DNA of 63,322 nt, counting the filler, from Anaerolineae bacterium (lineage in GTDB: Bacteria; Chloroflexota; Anaerolineae; Epilineales; Epilineaceae): the NCBI GenBank assembly GCA_029262755.1. It is 6 parts of 6 records of this genome, joined end to end, with 100 filler letters (N's around TTAATTAATTAA, not from the genome) between each part and the next. Parts side by side here need not be neighbours in the genome. Positions count along the whole stretch, not along the records: positions 48,551 to 60,391 come from JAJCYU010000181.1; 5 more parts are not named here. The stretch is one strand, 5' to 3'. How positions within the stretch are numbered: position 1 is the stretch's first letter; each line of letters opens with the position of its first letter. The position numbers and the translations under genes were made by a program. A model generated the notes under the pieces. The model was not told the DNA's origin, made no database searches, and saw nothing but the letters and a program-made list of their open reading frames with translations. Below, one piece after another: positions 48,880 through 59,018 of the stretch.

Positions 48880-49371
48880 ATGATGGATTCGCCCGACCTC
48901 CAACCGCAGGACTCGGATTCCAGCGTGCCTGTCCATCGGCCGCGCGTCGCATGGATTCGGCTCGCTGCGTTGGCCCTGCTACTGCTCGCAACCGCGCCGT
49001 TTTTCGATTGGCGGGGCCTGGTCGCGGATATGTCGCGCGCAACCGATCCGTGGGACGCCGAAGCGGTCGAGATCGAGGCGAAGGGGCTGGACGGGGTCTT
49101 GGTGGTGGGCGGACACGGCGTCGAGCGCATCGACGGCGCTAACTTCATCCGAGTGCGGGTCGCGTCGCCCGACGATCCGGCTGAGCCGCCGACCCTCCCG
49201 CCGGGACGACGCGTGCGTGCGACGTTCCAGGACGATATCGGTGCAGAGATCGGCTGGCGGGTCCTTGAGCCGGTGGATAGCGGCGCACATGGGGCGGACG
49301 GACGCGCGCTGCGGATTCCCATTCCGTCTGGGGCCGAGCCCGCCCGCATCGTGCTGGACTTCGCCCCGTAG
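48880..49371 (+). CDS. Hypothetical membrane-anchored protein
   Basis: N-terminal hydrophobic helix; plausible codon usage; no recognised motif. Confidence 0.55.
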   Translation: MMDSPDLQPQDSDSSVPVHRPRVAWIRLAALALLLLATAPFFDWRGLVADMSRATDPWDAEAVEIEAKGLDGVLVVGGHGVERIDGANFIRVRVASPDDPAEPPTLPPGRRVRATFQDDIGAEIGWRVLEPVDSGAHGADGRALRIPIPSGAEPARIVLDFAP

Positions 49372-49439
49372 GGCAGCGACGGGGGCCGGCGTTCCCGGGT
49401 CCCGTGCCGCGATCCCGTTGATGGTCCCGGCAACCGGCA

Positions 49440-50504
49440 TCAGCGGAGGGCAACACGCTCCACGTCGAGCATCTCGCCGGGTCCCGCGCCCGGACGGCGA
49501 CGTAGCACCGAGATCGAACGCACCCCGTTGTCCAGCAGGTAGTCCCTGCCTCGGTCGAGGTCCATTGCAACCTGCTCGGGACCGTGACTGTCGTCCCCAA
49601 AACAGAAGCCGATGCCAAGTGCATCGGCGCGGCGGACGAGCCAGGGTGCCGGGTACGGTGCGTCGAGCCCCTTGCGCCAGCCCGCCGTGTTGAGATCGAG
49701 GATGGCGCCGACGCGGGACACGGCATCTAGCGCCTCTTCGGCCGCGGCGCGAATCGGATCGGTGTCCAACGCCCCGAGCGCCGCACCGTTCTTGCGGATC
49801 AGATCTAGATGACCCACGACCTCCGGTCGTAGGCGAAGCACCATGTCGGCCACGGTGCGGTAGTAGCGCACGGCGAGCGCCTCCCGTCCGCCGGCCTCGT
49901 CCATCGCGAGCCGGAATGTTTCCGGCCGCCCATCGATGCTTCGCTCCCCGACGTAGTGAACCGAGCCGACCACGTAGTCGAAGCGGTAGCGCTCCCGGTA
50001 GGCCTGCATCCGGGACAACCAGTCCTCAGGAGGCACAACCTCGGCCTCGAAGCCGCGCAGGACGTGCAGTCGACCGGCGTAGCGCGCGACCAGCGCAGAG
50101 GTCTCGTGCGCATACGCCGCAAAGTCACGTTCCAGCTTGGCTACATCCCAGCCCATGGACCGCTCTTCGGAATAGAGAAAGCGCGCGGCGCCGCGCGGCG
50201 CGTGCTCGCTCAATCCGTAGGTGTCACATCCGGCGGCGACGGCGGCGTCGAGGATTTCCTCCAGACTGCCGACGGCATGATCGCAGTATGCGCCGCTATG
50301 TCCTCCGTGTAGCGAGACACGCCACGCCTTGCGAGCAACGCGTTCGGGCACGGACGGCGGCGTCGAAGAGGAGGCGGGCGTGTGGGTATGCGACGGAATG
50401 CGAGTCTCATCGGGCTGGGTAGTGGCCGGTTGATCACCCAATCGTGATGGCCTGGGGTTTTGGGCCGGGACGGCCTTGTCTCCGGTCGTCATGGATTTTG
50501 CCAC
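49440..50504 (-). CDS. PHP-family histidinol-phosphatase (HisJ-like)
   Basis: SLHGGHS..CDHA, SEHAPR, GFEAE, VGSVH, GHLDL, LNTAG, GDDSH; true start probably downstream of 50504. Confidence 0.88.
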   Translation of the reverse strand: MAKSMTTGDKAVPAQNPRPSRLGDQPATTQPDETRIPSHTHTPASSSTPPSVPERVARKAWRVSLHGGHSGAYCDHAVGSLEEILDAAVAAGCDTYGLSEHAPRGAARFLYSEERSMGWDVAKLERDFAAYAHETSALVARYAGRLHVLRGFEAEVVPPEDWLSRMQAYRERYRFDYVVGSVHYVGERSIDGRPETFRLAMDEAGGREALAVRYYRTVADMVLRLRPEVVGHLDLIRKNGAALGALDTDPIRAAAEEALDAVSRVGAILDLNTAGWRKGLDAPYPAPWLVRRADALGIGFCFGDDSHGPEQVAMDLDRGRDYLLDNGVRSISVLRRRPGAGPGEMLDVERVALR

Positions 50505-50636
50505 CTATGGGCGCGCCTTGAGAGCGCATAGGGGGCGCTCGGTGACTACGGGCGAACGCAGCGAACCCGCTCGTAGGCGCGAGAACATGCTCCTCGAAGC
50601 ATCGTGGGGAGCATGTGCCCGACAAACGTCCCCGGC

Positions 50637-52364
50637 CTACACCAGCCGGGGGGCACCGAACACGAGTTGCGGGCACAAGCACAGTGCGTTCGCCCGTTCC
50701 AGCAGCAGCATGGTCTCCAGGCTCGCCGCCAACGACGTGGCGGGCGCGAGACCGGATGCAACGGCCGCGGCCGTTGCGAGGCCGGCAAGAGGGCCGATGC
50801 GGTCGCGCCGCAGGTGGATCTCGCGGCGCGCGGCACGCGGGCCGAGTCCGGCAAGCTCACGCGCCATGGCGTAGGCGTCGTCGAGGCCGCCAAGCGTGTC
50901 GATCAGCCCGTGCGCCAGAGCCTGACGCCCGGTCCACACGCGACCCGCTGCGACGGCTTCCACGTCTTCGATGCTCATTCCCCGTGAGGCAGCGACCCGG
51001 GCTACGAAGACGTCGTAGGTACGTTGGATCCCGCGGCGAACGATGGCTTCTTCCTCGGTGCTGAACGGACGGTCGCCATCGTAGATGCGAATGCCCTCGC
51101 CGCGAGCGATGACCTCCCGGTTGATGCGCATCCGGTCGAGCAGGCCCGAGACGACCATCTTGCCAGACAGCACGCCGATCGAGCCCGTGATCGTGCCGGG
51201 ACGGGCGAAGATGTGCCTGGCCGGGGTCGCGACGTAGTAGCCGCCACTGCCCGCAACAGCGCCCATGACCGCAAGCACGGGCTTGCGCTCCGCGACGGCA
51301 TCCAACGCGGCGGCCATGGCCTCCGACGCCGTCGCGCTGCCGCCGGGTGAGTCGATCCATACCACGAGGGCCGCGACGTCGTCGTCTTCCAAGGCCTTGC
51401 GCGCCTCCTGGACGACCGTTCGATCGCCGGCCCGCGCATCGCCTCCGAGCAGCGGGATACCGGGGGCGCCGCGTGGCGCATGTCGGCTCTCACCGTCGAC
51501 GATCATGCCCTCGATGCGCAACAGACCGATGTGCCGCGCTCCGCGCGCGGGCGGCCGCGGCACGACCGCCTTGCGCGCACGCTGCCAGCGCTCGACGACC
51601 GCGGGTTCGTCACGGTCCGCCAGATGGGTCGGCAAGCGTTCCTCGGACACGATCGCGTCGACCAGGCCGTGCTCGACCGCCTCGAGGTCCGTATAGGGGG
51701 CGCCGTCGATCACCGCCTTCAACGCACCTTCCTCCAAGGAGCGGCCCTCAGCGAGCGCCTGCACGAATTCCTCGTAGGCCCCTTCGATCAACCACGTGGC
51801 CATGGCCCGCGATTCGCTCGACATATCGCGACGCGCCAATGTATCCGCCGCAGACTTGTAGGGCGAGATCGGCACGGCGTCGAAGCGCAGGCCGACCTGT
51901 TCCAGCGCGCCGGCCAGAAAAGGATACGTGCGCATCACACCGAGGGGCGCGATTCCGCCACCCTTCTGTAGGAGAACCTCGTCACACGACGACGCGACAT
52001 ACAGGGAACCCGTGCCGTATTGCGTGGCCCACGCGATCACCCGCTTGCCCTGGGCGCGCAGCTCTGCAATGTGGCTACGCAGCGACTCCAACGTGGCCGC
52101 GGGCAGTTCCAAGGCCCGCAAGTGCAGGACGACGCCACGGGTACGAGGATCATCCCCGACGGCGCGCAACGCGTCGGCAAGATCGTGCATCGAAGGCTCG
52201 TCGGGCAACAAGAGGCGCTGCCACGGTGGCCGCACCGGCGGCAGCTCCGCCAGATCCGGCTCGATGACGATCAGCGCATAGTCCGGCGCCTCGGAGGCCC
52301 AAGCCTTCCGCTGTTCAACGGCATAGCTCGTCCACTCGGCGGCGTAACGCAGGCTGTCCTTCAT
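50637..52364 (-). CDS. sppA: Signal peptide peptidase SppA (S49, long form)
   Basis: YKSAAD, IDSPGGSA, AGSGGYY, TITGSIGV, GRVWTGRQA. Confidence 0.92.
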   Translation of the reverse strand: MKDSLRYAAEWTSYAVEQRKAWASEAPDYALIVIEPDLAELPPVRPPWQRLLLPDEPSMHDLADALRAVGDDPRTRGVVLHLRALELPAATLESLRSHIAELRAQGKRVIAWATQYGTGSLYVASSCDEVLLQKGGGIAPLGVMRTYPFLAGALEQVGLRFDAVPISPYKSAADTLARRDMSSESRAMATWLIEGAYEEFVQALAEGRSLEEGALKAVIDGAPYTDLEAVEHGLVDAIVSEERLPTHLADRDEPAVVERWQRARKAVVPRPPARGARHIGLLRIEGMIVDGESRHAPRGAPGIPLLGGDARAGDRTVVQEARKALEDDDVAALVVWIDSPGGSATASEAMAAALDAVAERKPVLAVMGAVAGSGGYYVATPARHIFARPGTITGSIGVLSGKMVVSGLLDRMRINREVIARGEGIRIYDGDRPFSTEEEAIVRRGIQRTYDVFVARVAASRGMSIEDVEAVAAGRVWTGRQALAHGLIDTLGGLDDAYAMARELAGLGPRAARREIHLRRDRIGPLAGLATAAAVASGLAPATSLAASLETMLLLERANALCLCPQLVFGAPRLV

Positions 52365-52493
52365 GATGGTAGTCTCCGGGCGGCGGTCGCTCGCGAACGA
52401 GCCTCGTTGCGGCGTGCGGGTATCTGGGGAGGACTTCGGACCGCGGAAGGCGGTAGTTGGCCACGGCAATAGTAGCGGGCGCCGGCCTCCCCG

Positions 52494-53930
52494 TCAGCGA
52501 ACGTCGCCACGCGCCACGACCCACCCCGCTTGTGCCGGAACCTCGACGATCACCATCGCACCGGGCGAGGGTGACTCTCCTGCGGGGCCCGCCCACCGGC
52601 CTTCCAGCAGCGGCGGCTCGCTTGTATCACGCATTCCCCGCTCCGGATCCATCACGGCGATGTCGGCAAGCACCCCGTCCTGCGCTGGCCCGCCGGCCTG
52701 GTCCGCGGGGGCGTGGTCACCGCGTTCGCTTACGCGAACGCGCAGCGCGATATGATCGCCGGCAAACCGTCTGCTGACGACGGTGGCTGTGCACGGGAGG
52801 TCGTGCGAGCCCTGCGCGTTCGCAGGTTCGTTCGTGGCAGGTCCGTGCGCAATGTCAGCCCCGCGGTCGGCCGCATCGTGGATGTTGCCGACAACCTGCT
52901 TGGCTACCTTGAGGCGCGGGGACGTCTCTTCCCGGTCCTCGCTCTTCGCCGGTCCCACGTGCACGTCCTCGGGTCGCAGCAACCACCATCCCGTGCCTGC
53001 AACCGGCCCATCGCGGATCGGCGCGCGGGTGCCGAGCGCGCTGCGCAGCGAATCGAGGTCCCACGTTGCCGGGATCGCGTTGACGGGACCGAGCAGGCGA
53101 GCGACGGTTCGATCGACAGGACGGGCATAGATCCGTTCCGGTGAGTCCACCTGACGAATGCGTCCCTCCATCATGACCGCTACCTGATCGGCGAGGCCGA
53201 GCGCGTCGGCGCGGTCATGGGTGACGAGCACCGTGGTGACCGCGGCCTCCCGCTGTACGTCGCGGATGAGCCGACGCATCTCCCCGCGCAACTCGGCGTC
53301 GAGACTGGCCAGCGGCTCGTCGAGCAGCAGCACACGGGGTCGCGCGACGAGCGCGCGGGCCAGCGCGGCTCGCTGCCTTTGGCCGCCGGAGAGCTCGGCC
53401 GGTCGGCGCCCCGCCAGGCCGTCGAGGCGAACCCGCGACAGCATCGCTAGCGCTCGCGCATGGCGTTCTCGGCGCCCGACTCGCTGCATGCGCAGACCGA
53501 AGGCCACGTTCTCAAGCACGTTCATATGGGGAAAGAGCAGATGCGCCTGGGGCACGAGCACAGCGCGACGGCGCTCCGCCGGAACGCCGGACATGTCCTG
53601 CCCACCGATATAGATCTGGCCGGCCGACGGCGTCAAGAGGCCGGCAACGAGCCGCAGGAGCGTGGTCTTTCCGCAACCGGAAGGCCCGAGTATCGCGGTA
53701 ATCTCGCCGTCCCGCGCGACCAGGCGCGCATCACGCACGGCCGGACCGGCCGTTCGTTGCTCACCGGGATAGGCGAAGCGGACTCCTTCCAGGCGTACGT
53801 CGCCGCTCTGCGAGTCGAAGCCCGGCGGGGACTCTGCGCTGTCCTCGTCGCGGACTGAGTCCGTCACGCGGCGCGTCGCGCGCTTCACGCCCTTGGCTGC
53901 GCTCGCCGCCCTGCTCGCCCTATCGCTCAT
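52494..53930 (-). CDS. ABC transporter ATP-binding protein (PotA/YnjD-like)
   Basis: GPSGCGKT, LFPHMNV, LSGGQRQR, LLLDEP, VTHD. Confidence 0.9.
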   Translation of the reverse strand: MSDRASRAASAAKGVKRATRRVTDSVRDEDSAESPPGFDSQSGDVRLEGVRFAYPGEQRTAGPAVRDARLVARDGEITAILGPSGCGKTTLLRLVAGLLTPSAGQIYIGGQDMSGVPAERRRAVLVPQAHLLFPHMNVLENVAFGLRMQRVGRRERHARALAMLSRVRLDGLAGRRPAELSGGQRQRAALARALVARPRVLLLDEPLASLDAELRGEMRRLIRDVQREAAVTTVLVTHDRADALGLADQVAVMMEGRIRQVDSPERIYARPVDRTVARLLGPVNAIPATWDLDSLRSALGTRAPIRDGPVAGTGWWLLRPEDVHVGPAKSEDREETSPRLKVAKQVVGNIHDAADRGADIAHGPATNEPANAQGSHDLPCTATVVSRRFAGDHIALRVRVSERGDHAPADQAGGPAQDGVLADIAVMDPERGMRDTSEPPLLEGRWAGPAGESPSPGAMVIVEVPAQAGWVVARGDVR

Positions 53931-54781
53931 CCACCGGCCTCCGCGGCGCTCGCGCCGACCGCAAGATCATCCTCGGCCAGCGAGCGACCCAGCAGCGCGA
54001 GCAAGAGCATGGGAGGAGCGATAAACACGCAGGCGATCGCCGCGGCTCGCGCGTGTTCGCCCGCGCCAACGTAGGCATACAACTGCAGCGGCAGCGTCAC
54101 GACCCGCCCGCCGCCAACCAGGAGCGTAAACAGATACTGGCTCCAGGAGACGAGGAACGCGAAGGAGGTCGCCAGCCCGATGGTCGGCGCGAGCATCGGT
54201 GCCGTGACCCGCCACCAGCGGGACCAGCGGCCCGCCCCGAGGCTACGCGCCAGATCGTCCCACGCGGGGCTCAAGCGTCCGAATGCCGCAGCCGTGAGCA
54301 GGGTGGCGTAGGGCAGCGTCGGGACCAGATGCGACGCCGCAACCGCGGGAATCGTATCGACGAGGCCGACGCGCGCGAAGGCCGTTTGCAGTCCCATGGC
54401 CACCGCGATCGGAGGCACGAGGGCGGGGCCCACTACGAGCGCCCGCACGGCCGAGCGGCCGCGCCACGGTTCCGCAAGCGCGCGCCCGGCGGGCAGCGCG
54501 ATCGCCATCGACACCAGCGCGGAGAGCCCGCTGACGGCCAGGCTGTCGGTCAACGCGCTCAACGCGCGACCGCCCGGATCCAGCACGGACTGCCAGGCGG
54601 AGGCGGACCACGTCGATGGCCACAACGAGGGCCATCGCCAGACATCGGCAACCGACCAGAGGAGGAGCGGCACGATGGGCGCCGCGAAGAGCAACACGAC
54701 CATCCAACGCAGGAGCGCGGCCCTCGATGGGGCTTGGGTCGCCCCGGAGACCGATCGTATCCTCAGCCGCACGTGTGTCAC
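53927..54781 (-). CDS. ABC transporter permease
   Basis: Multiple TMs; ARSLGA EAA-like loop, FLVSWSQY. Confidence 0.88.
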   Translation of the reverse strand: MTHVRLRIRSVSGATQAPSRAALLRWMVVLLFAAPIVPLLLWSVADVWRWPSLWPSTWSASAWQSVLDPGGRALSALTDSLAVSGLSALVSMAIALPAGRALAEPWRGRSAVRALVVGPALVPPIAVAMGLQTAFARVGLVDTIPAVAASHLVPTLPYATLLTAAAFGRLSPAWDDLARSLGAGRWSRWWRVTAPMLAPTIGLATSFAFLVSWSQYLFTLLVGGGRVVTLPLQLYAYVGAGEHARAAAIACVFIAPPMLLLALLGRSLAEDDLAVGASAAEAGG

Positions 54782-55662
54782 GGAATCGCCCTCCGCAGCG
54801 CACCGGCGCGGTGCGCGACCACGAGCCGGGAGCCGCCCACGGCCAGCAAGAGCACCGCAGCCGCCACGAAGGCGATGAGGAGTCCCACCGCTGCGGCCTC
54901 GTCTCTACGCGCAAGATCGATGTCGACGAAGGAGCGCCAGGCGAGGACCGGTAGGGCCTGCGGCAAGCGGCGCCCGAGGAGGAAGGGCACCTCAAAAGAC
55001 CCGAAGGCAAAGGCGAACACGAGCGCGGATCCGGCGCCGAGCGACGGCGCCAACGCAGGCAGCGTGACGTGACGGAGGCGCTGCCAACGACCGGCGCCAA
55101 GCGTGCGGGCGGCCTCCTCGGCTAGGGTTCCCGTGCGACGCATCGCGCCGAGTAAGACGAATGCCATGAAGACGCCGGCCTTCCAACCGTAGGCCACGAT
55201 GATGCCGAATCCATAGGGGTCTTGCGTCAGCGCCGGCATCGCGGCAGGCGACCCGATGAGGCCCAGGGCGTTTCCGATACGGGCCACCAATCCGCTCTGG
55301 CCAAGGCCCAACGTGACGAGCACCGCGGCGACCGCGTAGGGGACCGGCAGCGCGACACCAAACAGGGCGAGCGCTACGCGACGAGCACGAAATCGTGGCC
55401 GAAAGAGCAGCGCCGCCCCCACGCCAATCGCGGCGGCAACCGCGGTGGAGGCCAGCGCAATCCATAGGGAGAAGCGGACGGACGCCCAGAGCTCCGGACG
55501 CCCGACCAACGTCCGGTAGGCATCGAGGCTCGTGGTGGATGGCCCGGTCATCGGCAGCCGGCCGACGCTCTGCAGTGCGGCCATCCAAAGTCCACCCCCG
55601 AAGAGCACCGCGATCACGAGCAACGCGGGGGCAAGGGCGATCGCACGACCGACTCGGGTCAA
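54778..55662 (-). CDS. ABC transporter permease
   Basis: EEAARTLGA, FAFAFGSFEVPFLLG; TTG start overlapping the upstream stop. Confidence 0.88.
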   Translation of the reverse strand: MTRVGRAIALAPALLVIAVLFGGGLWMAALQSVGRLPMTGPSTTSLDAYRTLVGRPELWASVRFSLWIALASTAVAAAIGVGAALLFRPRFRARRVALALFGVALPVPYAVAAVLVTLGLGQSGLVARIGNALGLIGSPAAMPALTQDPYGFGIIVAYGWKAGVFMAFVLLGAMRRTGTLAEEAARTLGAGRWQRLRHVTLPALAPSLGAGSALVFAFAFGSFEVPFLLGRRLPQALPVLAWRSFVDIDLARRDEAAAVGLLIAFVAAAVLLLAVGGSRLVVAHRAGALRRAIP

Positions 55663-57209
55663 CGGCCTAGGACCTCCGCCTCCCACCCCTGCTCGAGAAC
55701 GGCAACCCATGACGCATGCGGTTCGGGACGAGCGGCCGCGGATAGCACCGGCAGGGGAAGCGTCGCGGGACCGCGTGGCAGCTCGTCTACGGCCACCTGC
55801 CACGCTTCGCTGAGCTTCGACCGGTCGAGGATGCTCAGATCTCCCCACTGATCGGGTTGCGCTTTGCTCACCTGCGCGCCCGGTTGGCCGAGCAGGTCGG
55901 CCAACGCCATCGCGCCGGCCTTGTTGGGGGCGTTCCACGGAATGGCCAAGTAGTGCGTATTGGCCAGCATCCCGTCGCGCAACACGAATGTCCGGGCCGT
56001 GTCCGGATAGCGCCCCTCTTCGATGAATCCGGATGCGGCGGACGGGTTGTAGTTCATGTCGAAATCGACCTCGCCGTTCGCGAAGAGGTCGTTGAGCTGG
56101 CCGAGACCCGCCGGATAGGTGTCGCCGGCCCGCCACAGCGATGGCGCGATCGAGCGTAGCCTCTCCCAGCAAGGTGCGGTCGCGGCCTCAATGACGTCCT
56201 GTTCGCGCTGCGGATCGACCGCAACGTTCATCACGTCGGGGTCCGGCGCCAACGAGCGACAGACCTGCCGCACGAACGCACTGCCCGTGAAATCGGGAGG
56301 GGCTGGGTACGTGAAGCGCCCGGGGTGATCCTCGATCCAGGCCCAGAGTGCAGCCAGGTCGTTCGGGGGCGTTGGGACCGTCTCGGCGTCGTGCACGAGG
56401 ACGAAGACCGCACGGCCCCATGGCATCTCGTAGCCTTCGATCGGCACGCCGAGATCCAGCTGCCAGCTTGCGTCCATCCAGTCGAGGAATCCGCTCGCGG
56501 GCGTCCAAGCAGCCCACGGACCGTAGAGCAGATCGCTTTGCCGAAGCGTGTGAAAGTTCTCGCCGTTGATCCAGATCAGGTCGACGCTGCCCGGATCATG
56601 TCCCGCGGCTTTGTCGGCCGCCACCTTGTTGACGATGTCGACGGTATCCTGAAGCGGAACAACGTCAAGCTCGATGCCGAGCCGACCGATCGCTACGTCC
56701 GCCACGTAGTCGTCGACCCAGTCGTTGATCCGAGGATCGCCCGCCCAAAGCGCCCAACGCACGGTCGAACCTACGCCGGCGGCCTGCACGTCCGCCCACG
56801 TCTTGCCCTCCCATCCCGGAGGTGGCGCCACGCCAAACGGTGCCGCCTCCGCTCCGGCCACGATGTCCGGGCGGTCACCCGCGGTAATCGGGTGGCCGAG
56901 ACCGCCCTGTAGTTCGTCGTCGCGCGCCTCCACCATGGGGTCGGGGGGGGTTGGAAGCTCCGAGGTCGCCGACGTCGTGTCGTCGGGCTCGGTTCGTGCC
57001 CCATCGGCATCCTGCTGCGTGCCGCATCCGGCTAGCCCGAGCGCGATCGCAACAAAGAGGGCACGGTGCAACGTGGCATCGCGCAACGCGTGGATGTCGA
57101 AGGGCCACGATCGGGTCCGCGCGCGCGAAGGGCCGAATGCCGACGTCGACGGCGCATCCGGAGCATCACAGGCAGGATCACACGCGAACTTGGTTGAACG
57201 GGCTGTCAT
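55659..57209 (-). CDS. ABC transporter substrate-binding lipoprotein, YnjB-like
   Basis: Lipobox LAGC; DLIWINGENF, PGRFTYPAPPDFTG, NTHYLAIP. Confidence 0.88.
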   Translation of the reverse strand: MTARSTKFACDPACDAPDAPSTSAFGPSRARTRSWPFDIHALRDATLHRALFVAIALGLAGCGTQQDADGARTEPDDTTSATSELPTPPDPMVEARDDELQGGLGHPITAGDRPDIVAGAEAAPFGVAPPPGWEGKTWADVQAAGVGSTVRWALWAGDPRINDWVDDYVADVAIGRLGIELDVVPLQDTVDIVNKVAADKAAGHDPGSVDLIWINGENFHTLRQSDLLYGPWAAWTPASGFLDWMDASWQLDLGVPIEGYEMPWGRAVFVLVHDAETVPTPPNDLAALWAWIEDHPGRFTYPAPPDFTGSAFVRQVCRSLAPDPDVMNVAVDPQREQDVIEAATAPCWERLRSIAPSLWRAGDTYPAGLGQLNDLFANGEVDFDMNYNPSAASGFIEEGRYPDTARTFVLRDGMLANTHYLAIPWNAPNKAGAMALADLLGQPGAQVSKAQPDQWGDLSILDRSKLSEAWQVAVDELPRGPATLPLPVLSAAARPEPHASWVAVLEQGWEAEVLGR

Positions 57210-57407
57210 GATTTGCTCCGGTCATGGGGACGGTGAGCGTTGGGCGTGCCGCGAATTTGTGGGAACCGGTCTATTGACTTCCGTAGTGTATGGATCGAGA
57301 TGGGGACTACACGGGCGCGACGTCGGAAGATAGGAGGGGAGAGTAGGACCGGGACCAAGACCGAGACCAGTGCGGTGCCGAAGAGATCCGTCGCGCAATC
57401 AACGTGG

Positions 57408-59018
57408 CTACCATCGACGGGAAAGACGTAGCCAGCGGGCGACCCACCGGGCGGCTCGGGGAGTGAAGCGCGCACGCTGCCATGCGTCGCCAACCTTGCG
57501 CAGGGCCTCGGAGCGTGTGGGGTACGGATGGATCAACGCCGAGAGCCCGGACAGGCCGACGTCGTGTTCCATGGCCAACGTGAGCTCGCCGATGAGCTCG
57601 CCCGCGTGGCGGCCGACGATCGTGCCGCCCACGATGCGGTCCCTGCCGCGCGCCACGTGGACGCGCACGAATCCGGCATCGACGGCGCCGTCCTCCGCCT
57701 CGCCCTGTTCTACCTTCACACGATCGAGCGCAGCGAAGGGTTGGTCGAAGGTGTCGATGGCCATGCCCTCCCTGGCCGCGCTAGCGGGGGTCCGGCCCAC
57801 ATGGGCCAGCTCCGGGTCGGTGTAGGTGCAATGGGGAATCCGCAGCCTCGCGCGCGAAGAGCGTCCGGGAAACAACGCGTTGCGCACAACCATACGGGCG
57901 GACGCATCGGCCGCGTGCGTGAAGCGCTCGGCGAGGGCGACGTCGCCCGCGGCATAGATCCGCCGGTTCGTGGTGCGTAGGCCCGCATCGAGCTTGAGAG
58001 CACCGCGCTCATCGAGCGCAACACCCGCCTGGTCGAGACCGAGTCCGCTCAAACGAGCGCGGCGTCCGGTCGCGAGGAGGACGCGCTCGTAGGTCGCCTC
58101 CTCCGTCGACGCGGAGGGCGTTGCTTTCGGCGTACCCTCGCTCGGGGTCCAGCGTACGACGACCGGTGCCGGCGCCGCATTGTTGGGCGCAACACCGCCC
58201 GCGCTTTCGCTGCCAAGCGCGCGGAGCCCGCTCACCCGCGTACCGGTCTCGATGCGCACGCCGTCGCGGCGTAGCGCTGCTTCGACGACGGATGCGGCAT
58301 CCGGATCTTCGAGCGGCAAGATGCTTGCGGCGCTCTCGAACAGGGTCACGGCGCAGCCGAGGCGCTGCATCGCCTGCGCGATCTCGCAGCCTACGGCCCC
58401 GGCGCCGATCACGGCGAGGCTCGCCGGCGGTCGTTCAAGCTCGAACAGGCTCTCGTTGGTCAGCGCCGAGACCGATTCAAGGCCCGGGATCGGAGGCGCC
58501 CACGGCGCGGCGCCCGTGGCCAGGACCGCGCGGCGAAATCGCAGGACGGTCTGGTCAACACGCAGCTGGTCCGGCCCCGTAAACGCGCCCGTGCCCAAGA
58601 AGACATCAATCCCCAACTCCGTGAATCGTTGCGCGGAGTCGTGGGGCGCGATCTCGGCGCGGATCCGGCGCAGCCGCGTGAAAACCGCTGCGCCGTCCAC
58701 CGGCCGGCCGCGAGCCGCGATCGCGGCCGATGCGAGCAGCGCCTTGGAGGGAACACAGCCGTGGTTCAGACAATCGCCGCCCAAGAGCGCTCGTTCCACG
58801 AGGGCCACCCGCGCGCCGAGACCGGCGGCCACCGCGCTGGCGACGAGACCGGCGACACCGCCGCCAAGGACCACCATATCGTAGCGGTCCGCGGGCGTGG
58901 GATTGAGCCAGTCGGTTGGGTGGAGGGAGGCGACGAGGTCGCGGTTCTCCGGCGTATCGCGCAGGCGCGTCGGGCCGGCGACCAGATCGGTCGAGGGTCG
59001 GTTGCGATCGACGTTCAT
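57408..59018 (-). CDS. FAD-dependent pyridine nucleotide-disulfide oxidoreductase (MerA/Lpd-like, not MerA)
   Basis: GGGVAG, GGDCLNHGCVPSK, GAGAVG, AAGD, TYTDPE, HPYPTRSE; no C-terminal Cys-Cys. Confidence 0.9.
   Translation of the reverse strand: MNVDRNRPSTDLVAGPTRLRDTPENRDLVASLHPTDWLNPTPADRYDMVVLGGGVAGLVASAVAAGLGARVALVERALLGGDCLNHGCVPSKALLASAAIAARGRPVDGAAVFTRLRRIRAEIAPHDSAQRFTELGIDVFLGTGAFTGPDQLRVDQTVLRFRRAVLATGAAPWAPPIPGLESVSALTNESLFELERPPASLAVIGAGAVGCEIAQAMQRLGCAVTLFESAASILPLEDPDAASVVEAALRRDGVRIETGTRVSGLRALGSESAGGVAPNNAAPAPVVVRWTPSEGTPKATPSASTEEATYERVLLATGRRARLSGLGLDQAGVALDERGALKLDAGLRTTNRRIYAAGDVALAERFTHAADASARMVVRNALFPGRSSRARLRIPHCTYTDPELAHVGRTPASAAREGMAIDTFDQPFAALDRVKVEQGEAEDGAVDAGFVRVHVARGRDRIVGGTIVGRHAGELIGELTLAMEHDVGLSGLSALIHPYPTRSEALRKVGDAWQRARFTPRAARWVARWLRLSRRW

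Noticed and set aside
57210..57407. Riboswitch upstream of the YnjB-like gene
   Set aside because: No TPP, cobalamin or SAM consensus recognised in the 200-bp gap.
57408..59018. Mercuric reductase merA
   Set aside because: Lacks the C-terminal Cys-Cys pair and the N-terminal HMA domain; no mer genes nearby.
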